From positions 1 through 27,334 of the forward strand of contig JAYZQJ010000150.1 of NCBI GenBank assembly GCA_036149055.1: a stretch of 27,334 nt of DNA, in the 5' to 3' direction. The stretch comes from Myxococcota bacterium (GTDB lineage: Bacteria > Myxococcota_A > Polyangia > Polyangiales > Sandaracinaceae). Within the stretch, counting starts at the first letter, position 1. Each line of letters begins with the position of its first letter. The notes under the pieces were generated by a model. That model made no database searches. It had not been told where the DNA came from and saw only the letters and a program-made list of their open reading frames with translations. The translations under genes and the position numbers were made by a program. Positions 9,508 to 17,064 of the stretch are shown one piece after another.

Positions 9508-11727
9508 GTGCGCGTACGGGCTCGCGTCGATCATCGGGACGTGCCACCAGAGTCCACCGTGGTGGGCCTGAAGGCGCACGAGGGGCTGTCCAGGCTCTTC
9601 GACGTGCGCGTCGAGCTGCTGGCCCCCGCGGGCGACCTCGACCTCGAGGCGATGCTCTGGTCGACGATGGCGGTGACCCTCACCCCCGACCAGAGCGTCG
9701 GGAGCGAGCCGCGCTCGTGGCACGGCGTGATCGAGGCCGCCGACTACCTCGGCACCGACGACCGCTGGCACCGCTACCGCTTCCGCTTGCGCCCCACCGT
9801 GCACGGCCTCGCCTATCGCGTGCGCAGCCGGATCTTCCAGGACGTGAGCGTGGTGGACATCGTCACCCAGGTGCTGACCGACGCGGGCGTGCCGGCCGAC
9901 GCGGTGCGCTGGGACACCGGCGGCGAGTACCCCGTGCGCCCCTACACCACGCAGTGGAAGGAGAGCGAGCTGTCGTTCGTGCTCCGCCTGCTCGAGGACG
10001 AGGGGATCTTCTACTGGTTCGAGCACACCGAGATCGATCATCTCCTGTGCTTCGGGGACGCGCCGGGCGCGCACGCTCCGATCGACGGGGACGCGATGAT
10101 CCCCGTCGAGAGCCACGCCGCGCAGGAGGTGGACGCGGTCTGGCATCCGGTGCTGTCCAAGCACCAGGTCCACGACGTCTACACCTCGCGCGACTGGTGC
10201 TTCGAGACCCCTCAGGCGCCGCTCGAGGCCAAGACCGCCGACGGCGGAGAGCGCACCCGGTACGAGTACCCCGGCGGCTACGACGCGCAGGGGGACGGAG
10301 ACCGCCTCGCGGGGGTCCGACTCGAAGAGGCGTGGCACGACGCGGTGACGCTGACCGGAGCCACGAGCTGCCTGCGCTTCGCGCCGGGCCGCAAGGTGGA
10401 CTTCGTCGGGGTGCAGCCCGAGCCCCTCGGCGGCGAGTACCTGCTGACCCGGGTGGAGCACGAGCTGCGCGTCGGCGAGCGCGGCGAGGCGGGGGTGAAC
10501 ACGGTCGGCGATCACTCCGCCCGGTTCCACGCCATCCCCGCCGACGTCCCCTATCGCCCGCCCCGCGTGACCCACCGCCCGCGGGTGGTCGGTCTCGAGA
10601 GCGCGGTGGTCACCGGGCCGGCCGGCGAGGAGATCCACGTCGACGAGCACGGGCGCATCAAGGTGCACTTCTACTGGGACCGCGAGAACCCGGTCGACGA
10701 CACCGCGAGCTGCTGGATCCGCTTCGCCCAGATGAACACCCAGGGCGCGATGATCCTGCCGCGCCTCGGCTGGGAGGTGCACGTCGCGTTCGTCGACGGC
10801 GATCCCGATCGACCGGTCGCGCTGCACAAGGTCTACAACCAGGAGACCATGCCGCCCTACGGCCTGCCGGGCGAGAAGACGCAGATGTCGCTGCAGTCCT
10901 CGACCTCCCCGGGCGGCGGCTCGACCAACGAGATCCGCCTGCAGGACGGCAACGGCGGCATGGACTGGTTCCTCCACGCGTCGAAGGACCTGAACGTGGT
11001 GGTGGCCAACGACGAGAACGAGACCATCGGCGTCGACTCGGCCGAGACGGTGGGCAACACGATGAGCGCGTCGGTCGGCGGAGACGAGTCGGGCTCGGTG
11101 GGGGCGAACCAGTCGCTCAGCGTGACCGCCAACTGCGCGACCGAGACGGCGGGGAGCAAGTCGGTGACGGTCGGCGGCAACGACGACTGGGGCATCACCG
11201 GCAACTTCGGCTTCAACACCGCCGGCGACCGCACCGAGGACATCGGCGGCCTGATGAACGTGCTCTCGAACAACGTCGCCGAGACCATCGGGGGCTCGCT
11301 CACCCGGAGCGTCGGGGCCGTGCAGACCATCGCGAGCGCGACCGCCATCGCCGAGACGGTCGGGGGCAACAAGACCGAGACCGTCGCGGCCGCCAAGGCG
11401 ATCCTCACCCCGGCCGAGCATCAGGAGAGCATCTCCGGGGTGAAGACCCTCACCAGCGGCGCGGTGACGGTGAAGACCGGCGAAGACGTCACCTACGGCG
11501 CGAAGGGCGCCATCGCGGTGACCGCGGGCGGCGTCATCCAGATCGACTGCGGAGAGGACGCGATGTTCTCGGGCTCGCAGGTCCGCGTGACCGCCGGCAG
11601 CGCCAAGCTGAAGGGCGGCGGCGGCAAGGTCGACCTCGGCGGCTCGATCACCGTCGACGCCAACAAGTTCGGCGGCAAGGGAGGCCCCACGCTCATGATC
11701 AAGGGCACCACGGACTACAAGAGCTGA
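9508..11727 (+). CDS. vgrG: Type VI secretion spike protein VgrG/TssI, copy 1
   Basis: EGLSRLF, SRIFQD, QWKESELSFVLRLLEDEGIFYWFEH, YEYPGGY, VTGPAGEEIHVDEHGRIKVHFYWDR, PRLGWEV..FVDGDPDRP, then Gp5-type beta-helix repeats. GTG 9508 follows GGGGAGGGGG RBS. Confidence 0.95.
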   Translation: MRVRARVDHRDVPPESTVVGLKAHEGLSRLFDVRVELLAPAGDLDLEAMLWSTMAVTLTPDQSVGSEPRSWHGVIEAADYLGTDDRWHRYRFRLRPTVHGLAYRVRSRIFQDVSVVDIVTQVLTDAGVPADAVRWDTGGEYPVRPYTTQWKESELSFVLRLLEDEGIFYWFEHTEIDHLLCFGDAPGAHAPIDGDAMIPVESHAAQEVDAVWHPVLSKHQVHDVYTSRDWCFETPQAPLEAKTADGGERTRYEYPGGYDAQGDGDRLAGVRLEEAWHDAVTLTGATSCLRFAPGRKVDFVGVQPEPLGGEYLLTRVEHELRVGERGEAGVNTVGDHSARFHAIPADVPYRPPRVTHRPRVVGLESAVVTGPAGEEIHVDEHGRIKVHFYWDRENPVDDTASCWIRFAQMNTQGAMILPRLGWEVHVAFVDGDPDRPVALHKVYNQETMPPYGLPGEKTQMSLQSSTSPGGGSTNEIRLQDGNGGMDWFLHASKDLNVVVANDENETIGVDSAETVGNTMSASVGGDESGSVGANQSLSVTANCATETAGSKSVTVGGNDDWGITGNFGFNTAGDRTEDIGGLMNVLSNNVAETIGGSLTRSVGAVQTIASATAIAETVGGNKTETVAAAKAILTPAEHQESISGVKTLTSGAVTVKTGEDVTYGAKGAIAVTAGGVIQIDCGEDAMFSGSQVRVTAGSAKLKGGGGKVDLGGSITVDANKFGGKGGPTLMIKGTTDYKS

Positions 11728-11728
11728 G

Positions 11729-13957
11729 ATGACCGAGCGCAACACGCTGGTGATCGACGGCGCGTCCTCCGAAGGCTGGGAGGTCAGCTACGCGGACGCG
11801 CACGAGCGCCTCTTCCATCCCACCCGCGTGATCGTGCGGGCCTGGGCCACCGAGCCGGTCGAGCTCGACGGTCTCATCGGCAAGGACGCCAGCCTCGAGC
11901 TGCTGGTCGAGGGGCACGAGCCGAGGGCGTTCCACGGGGTGGTGCTCGACGTCGCCGAGACGGCCCACCACGAGGACGCGTTCGAGGTCGAGGTCGTGTT
12001 CGCCTCCAAGCTCGCCCTGCTGCAGCTCGGGCGAGACCACCGCATCTACCAGGAGATGAGCGTGCCCGACGTGGTGCGCGACGTGCTCTCGCGCGCCGGG
12101 CTCGACGGGATCTGCGAGTGGGCGACGCAGGCGAGCTACGAGCCGCACGCCAACATCGTGCAGTACGGCGAGAGCGACTACGACTTCGCGACGCGGCTCC
12201 TCCACGAAGAGGGCATCGGCTTCCTGGTCGAGCAGGACGAGGCGGCGGAGAAGGTCGTCTTCTTCGACGACGACACCGCCTTCGAGGCGGTCGCGGGCGA
12301 CTCGATGCTCCCCCACGTCCGGACGCACGGCGGAGGGCGCGCCGGGCTGTTCCGGCTCGTGCTCCATCAGCGCGTCGCCTCAGACCAGGTGATGCTCAAC
12401 GACTACGACCTCGCGGCGCCCGCGACCGATCTCCGGCTCACCGCCGAGGCCGAGAACACGACGAGCCGCGAGGTCTACCTGCACCCGGGGAGCTACACCG
12501 ACCCGGGCCGGGGCCAGCGCCTGACCGACGCCCTGCTCGAGCGGCTCGGCACCCGGAACCGCACCTTCGACGCCGGCACCAACGTGCCGCGGCTGATGGC
12601 GGGGCGCTTCTTCAGCGCGGCGGGCGCCGAGCGAGACGAGCTCGACGGAGACTTCCTCGTGCTCGACGTGCGCCATCGCCTGCGGCCGATCGACGACGCG
12701 CAGGCCGGCGGCGAGGGCGCGCGCGGGGTGGCCACGCGCTACCACAACGACGCCGAGCTGATCCCCCTCGAGGTGCCCTACCGCCCGCAGCACGCGGCCC
12801 CCGCGCCGACGATCGCCGGCGTGCAGCACGCCTTCGTCACCGTGCCGGGCGGCGAGGAGATCCACACCGACGACTACGGGCGGGTGAAGGTTCGCTTCCC
12901 CTGGGACCGGAGCGGGATCACCGACGACCGCAGCAGCACCTGGCTGCGCGTGAATCAGAAGGCGCTCGGCGGCTCGATGATCCACCCGCGCGTCGACTTC
13001 GAGATGATCGTCGGCTTCGAGCTGGGCGACCTCGACCGCCCTTCGATCACGGGGCACCTCTACGAAGCGGAGCACCCTCCGCCCTACGCGCTGCCCGGCG
13101 GCGCGACCCGCAGCTCGCTCCAGACGGCGACCACCGAGGGCGGCCCGGGCGCGAACGAGCTCCGCTACGAAGACGCCGCCGGCGGCGAGGAGATCTTCCT
13201 CAACGCATCGAAAGACCTGACCGCGTCGATCGACAACGACACCAGCTGGAGCGTCGGCGCCAACCAGACCCGCGACGTGGGCAGCAACGAGACGCTCAGC
13301 GTGAAGGCCGACCAGTCGACCAGCGTCACCGGCAGCCGGAGCCTCTCGGTCGGCGGGGACCAGAGCGCCAACGTCGGCGGCGAGTACGGCGACGGCACCG
13401 GCGGAGACCTCTCGGTGAGCATCGGGGGCAACCGGATGGTGCAGGTGGGCGGAGACTGCTCCGAGGAGTCCGGCGGCTCGCTCACGCGCACGGTCGGGTC
13501 GTTGCAGTGCCTGACCGGCATCGCCGGCTACGCGCGCACGGTCACCGGCGACGTCACCATCGACGTGGGCGCGGCCTGGGCCGAGATCGCCGGCGGCGCG
13601 CGGGGACTCGAGGTCGGCGGCGCGTACAGCGAGTCGATCGGCGCGCTCAAGTTCATCAAGGCGAAGAACGTCGGCGTCTCCTGCGACGCCGCGTACACGA
13701 TGAACGCCGCCGCCGAGCTGGTGAAGGCCGGCGGCGGTCGCACCGACGACGCCAAGGGCGCGGTCGCGCTCACCGCGGGCGGCGCGGTGAAGGTCAAGGC
13801 GACGAACATCGTGTTCGAAGCGAAGAGCAAGCTCGTGTTCCGCGGCGGGGCGGGGAGCATCGAGATCACGAGCGCCGGGATGGTCACGGTGAAGGCGCCC
13901 AAGATCAAGGTGAAGAACGCGAAGGCGCTCAACCAGATCATGCACAAGTCGGGGTGA
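11729..13957 (+). CDS. vgrG: Type VI secretion spike protein VgrG/TssI, copy 2
   Basis: HRIYQEMSVPDVV, QYGESDYDFATRLLHEEGI, EEIHTDDYGRVKVRFPWDR, GDLDRP, NELRYEDAAGGEEIFLNASKD and beta-helix repeats. ATG lies 1 nt after the vgrG1 stop. Confidence 0.95.
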   Translation: MTERNTLVIDGASSEGWEVSYADAHERLFHPTRVIVRAWATEPVELDGLIGKDASLELLVEGHEPRAFHGVVLDVAETAHHEDAFEVEVVFASKLALLQLGRDHRIYQEMSVPDVVRDVLSRAGLDGICEWATQASYEPHANIVQYGESDYDFATRLLHEEGIGFLVEQDEAAEKVVFFDDDTAFEAVAGDSMLPHVRTHGGGRAGLFRLVLHQRVASDQVMLNDYDLAAPATDLRLTAEAENTTSREVYLHPGSYTDPGRGQRLTDALLERLGTRNRTFDAGTNVPRLMAGRFFSAAGAERDELDGDFLVLDVRHRLRPIDDAQAGGEGARGVATRYHNDAELIPLEVPYRPQHAAPAPTIAGVQHAFVTVPGGEEIHTDDYGRVKVRFPWDRSGITDDRSSTWLRVNQKALGGSMIHPRVDFEMIVGFELGDLDRPSITGHLYEAEHPPPYALPGGATRSSLQTATTEGGPGANELRYEDAAGGEEIFLNASKDLTASIDNDTSWSVGANQTRDVGSNETLSVKADQSTSVTGSRSLSVGGDQSANVGGEYGDGTGGDLSVSIGGNRMVQVGGDCSEESGGSLTRTVGSLQCLTGIAGYARTVTGDVTIDVGAAWAEIAGGARGLEVGGAYSESIGALKFIKAKNVGVSCDAAYTMNAAAELVKAGGGRTDDAKGAVALTAGGAVKVKATNIVFEAKSKLVFRGGAGSIEITSAGMVTVKAPKIKVKNAKALNQIMHKSG

Positions 13958-13962
13958 CGGGC

Positions 13963-16557
13963 ATGGCGGATCAGACCTACATCCGGGCGTTCATGGACAC
14001 GACGGCGTGCGACGGCATGCCGCAGGTCCTCGCGGTTCGCGGCCACGAGCGGCTGAGCCACCCCTACCTCTACCGCATCGACGTCGAAGCCGAGGGCCTC
14101 GACCTGGACGGCGGGGTCGGCGCGAGCGCCTACGTCGTGATCTCCGACGAGCAGGCCAACGAGCGGCACGTGCACGGCGTGATCGAGCGGCTCGAGATCG
14201 CCGGGAGCCCCACCCCGGAGATCCTCCGCGCCCGGCTGCACCTCACCCCGGCGCAGGCGCAGCTCCGCCACCGCTACGGGTGCCGCATCTTCCAGGAGAT
14301 GACCACGCCCGACATCGTCAAAAAGGTGTTCTCGGACGCGGGCATCGACGACGCGCTCTTCCGCTGGGACCTGCAGGGCAGCTACGAGACCCGGACCTAC
14401 TGCGTGCAGTACGACGAGTCGGAGTGGGACTTCGTCAACCGCCTGCTCGAGGACGAGGGCATCTGGTACGCGTTCGAGCACGCGGTCGACGCGGCGGTGA
14501 TGGTCTTCGGCGACGCGTCCGACCAGGTCGAGGCGCTGCCGGCGGCGACCCTGCGGTACCAGACGGCCGACCGCGCGGGCATGTCGCTCGGCGACGCGCG
14601 CGTCTTCGAGTGGCGCCGACGCCGCCGGCTGGTGGAGTCGAAGGTCAGCCTGAACGACTACGACGGCCTGCACCCGTCGCTGGACCTCGCCGCCGAGAGC
14701 GAGCAGGACGAGCTCCACGCGCGCGAGCACTACGAGTACCCGGGCGGCTACGTGGCGCAGGGCGAAGGGAGCCGGCGCGCGGCGGCGCGGCTGCAAGAGC
14801 TGTCGAGCGGCCGGCGCAGCGCGCGGGGCACGACCGAGCTGGTCGCGATGCAGCCCGGCAAGCGCTTCGAGCTGCTCGACCACCCGATCGCGGCCGGAGA
14901 GCACGTGGTGACCGAGGTGGAGCTCCGCTTCATCTTCCATCCTTCCCGCAACGAGGGCATGCCGCTCGCCATCCCGACGACCGATCGGCACCGCATCGAC
15001 TTCGAGTGCGTGCCGCGGGACCAGGTCTTCCGCCCGGCGCGCCGGACCCGTCGCCCGCGCATCGACGGAGTGCAGACCGCGCGGGTGACCGGCCCGAGCG
15101 GCGAAGAGATCCACTGCGACGAGCACGGCCGGGTGAAGGTCCAGTTCCACTGGGACCGCGACGGCGAGATGGACGAGAAGACGTCGTGCTGGATCCGCTC
15201 GACCCAGGAGCACACCACCGGCTCGGTGATGATCCCGCGCATCGGCTGGGAGGTGCTCGTCCAGTTCTACGAGGGCGACCCCGACCGCCCGGTGGTGCTC
15301 GGCCACCTCTTCAACCCGCTTCACCAGCCCGCCTACTCGCTGCCGGCGCAGAAGACCGTGACCGGACACCGCACGGTGTCGTCCCCGGGGGCCGGGGCGA
15401 TCAACGAGGTGATGTTCGACGACGCCTCGGGATCCCAGCAAATCGCGGTCAACGCGGGCAAGGACCTCACGATCAACGCGGTCAACGACAAGACCATGCA
15501 GACGGGCAACCAGCTGCAGCTCCAGGTGGGGGCCAACCGCACCTTCAGCGTCGGGGCCGACCAGACCATCTCGCTCGAGGCCAACCACGACGGCGCCGTG
15601 GGCGGCGACCACGCCATCGACGTCGGGGGCAACCGCACCGTCCGGGTGAGCGGCAACGCGGCCGACACCGTCGCCGGCTCCATCGCGCTCAGCGTCGGCG
15701 GGCTCGAGAACATGATGATCGGCAACCCGCTCTCGGCGGTGCTGGAGATCATCGCGAGCGAGGCGATCGCCGCCGCCGAGGGGGCCGCGGCCGCCGCCGC
15801 CGACCGGGTCCAGGGCGCGCTGCTCGCGCCGATCCAGCCGGCGCTCGACGCGGTCAGCGGCGCGCTCGGCGAGGCCTCCAGCTACGCTGGGCCCGCGGCG
15901 GCGATCCTCGGGGCCGACAACCCGGCGGTCGCGCTCTATGGCGACACCTTGAACGGGCTGAGCGAGGCGACGACGCCCCCCGACCTCGCGGGCATGGCCG
16001 GCGGCATGGCCTCCGCGGCGGCGTCGGACGCGCTGGCCGCGGCCGGGGTCGGCGGAGGCGGAGGCGGCGGCGGCTCGGGGGTCTGGGCGACCACCGTCGC
16101 CGGCGACATGAGCGAGACGATCGGGGCGCTGGGCGCGATGAACTCGGCCTACGGCGTCACCTTCGGCGTGGGCGGCTCGAGCACGGAGACGGTGGGCGCC
16201 GCGCGCGCGGAGCTGGTCAAGGGCGGGCACAGCGAGTCCGCGGCCAGCAAGACCGAGACGGTGGGCGTCTACTTCGTCAACGCGTCCGGCGGCTTCTCGG
16301 TCGAGGCGACCGGCGCCATCGCGCTGAACACCGCGTCGTCGAAGTGGACGCTGGGCAAGGGCTACGCGGCCACCGCGAAGGCCCTGTGCGCGGTCACCGC
16401 CGCGTCGATCGACCTGAACGCGTCGGAGACGATCACCCTCAAATGCGGCGGCGGCGAGGTGATCATCGACAAGAGCGGCATCTCGTTCAAAGGCGACATC
16501 AAGGTGTCGGTCGAGGGCAGCACGATCGAGGTCGAGCCGCCGGCGATCGGACCGTAG
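13963..16557 (+). CDS. vgrG: Type VI secretion spike protein VgrG/TssI, copy 3, with a 119-aa Ala/Gly-rich insertion in the needle
   Basis: True gene is the C-terminal 864 aa of ORF 12118..16557 (MADQTY...). Motifs YCVQYDESEWDFVNRLLEDEGIWYAFEH, YEYPGGY, TGPSGEEIHCDEHGRVKVQFHWDR, PRIGWEVLVQFYEGDPDRP and C-terminal ITLKCGGGEVIIDKSGI. Confidence 0.95.
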   Translation: MADQTYIRAFMDTTACDGMPQVLAVRGHERLSHPYLYRIDVEAEGLDLDGGVGASAYVVISDEQANERHVHGVIERLEIAGSPTPEILRARLHLTPAQAQLRHRYGCRIFQEMTTPDIVKKVFSDAGIDDALFRWDLQGSYETRTYCVQYDESEWDFVNRLLEDEGIWYAFEHAVDAAVMVFGDASDQVEALPAATLRYQTADRAGMSLGDARVFEWRRRRRLVESKVSLNDYDGLHPSLDLAAESEQDELHAREHYEYPGGYVAQGEGSRRAAARLQELSSGRRSARGTTELVAMQPGKRFELLDHPIAAGEHVVTEVELRFIFHPSRNEGMPLAIPTTDRHRIDFECVPRDQVFRPARRTRRPRIDGVQTARVTGPSGEEIHCDEHGRVKVQFHWDRDGEMDEKTSCWIRSTQEHTTGSVMIPRIGWEVLVQFYEGDPDRPVVLGHLFNPLHQPAYSLPAQKTVTGHRTVSSPGAGAINEVMFDDASGSQQIAVNAGKDLTINAVNDKTMQTGNQLQLQVGANRTFSVGADQTISLEANHDGAVGGDHAIDVGGNRTVRVSGNAADTVAGSIALSVGGLENMMIGNPLSAVLEIIASEAIAAAEGAAAAAADRVQGALLAPIQPALDAVSGALGEASSYAGPAAAILGADNPAVALYGDTLNGLSEATTPPDLAGMAGGMASAAASDALAAAGVGGGGGGGGSGVWATTVAGDMSETIGALGAMNSAYGVTFGVGGSSTETVGAARAELVKGGHSESAASKTETVGVYFVNASGGFSVEATGAIALNTASSKWTLGKGYAATAKALCAVTAASIDLNASETITLKCGGGEVIIDKSGISFKGDIKVSVEGSTIEVEPPAIGP

Positions 16558-16568
16558 GGAGGCAGGAC

Positions 16569-17063
16569 ATGGGTGCCGAGCAGAGAGCCGAGGACGACAC
16601 GGCGAGCGCGGAGACGGAAGCCACCGAGACGACCCAGCCCGCGCGGCTCGTCTACACGCAGGCCCCCGTCCTCCTCGGGCGCCTCGAGGAGAGACTCGAG
16701 GACGGACGATGGCGGGCGCGCGTGGGCGCCGTCTCCCGGGAGATCGCGGTCGACCCGGCAGTGGATCCCGCGCTCCTCGAGGAGGCGCTGGAGCTCGGCG
16801 CGCGCGTCATCGTCGAGGCCGAGCCGGAGCCGACGGTGGTCGGGGTGGTCGCCGTGCGGCGCGCTCTCGCGGTCCAGCCGGACGGGAGCGTGCAGGCGAA
16901 GGTGCGCGCGCTGAAGGTCGAGGCCGAGGACGAGATCCTGCTGAAGGTGCCCGGCGCGTTCGTCCGCACCAAGGCGCGCGAGGTCGAGGTCTACGGCGAG
17001 CGCGTCGTGACCCGCGCCCGGAACCTGGCGAAGATCCTCGCCGCCATGATCAAGCTCAACTGA
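16569..17063 (+). CDS. DUF6484-like short spike-like protein (164 aa)
   Basis: C-terminal part of ORF 14007..17063 from ATG 16569 (RBS GGAGG upstream). The end, EAEDEILLKVPGAFVRTKAREVEVYGERVVTRARNLAKILAAMIKLN, resembles DUF6484 and VgrG tip strands. Confidence 0.65.
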   Translation: MGAEQRAEDDTASAETEATETTQPARLVYTQAPVLLGRLEERLEDGRWRARVGAVSREIAVDPAVDPALLEEALELGARVIVEAEPEPTVVGVVAVRRALAVQPDGSVQAKVRALKVEAEDEILLKVPGAFVRTKAREVEVYGERVVTRARNLAKILAAMIKLN

Positions 17064-17064
17064 C

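Noticed and set aside
10990..11460. Periodic repeats in the vgrG 3' halves as a CRISPR-like or DNA-level array
   Set aside because: The periodicity is the 8-aa Gp5 beta-helix repeat. There are no identical nucleotide repeats with spacers and no cas genes.
12118..16557. A single 1479-aa giant VgrG with N-terminal extension, or a frameshift fusion of vgrG2 and vgrG3
   Set aside because: The first 615 codons are an off-frame read of vgrG2. The real gene starts at ATG 13963, 5 nt after the vgrG2 stop, and both genes are complete.
14007..17063. 1018-aa ORF overlapping vgrG3
   Set aside because: Only the last 164 aa (from ATG 16569, with an RBS) look protein-like; the rest is shadow frame.
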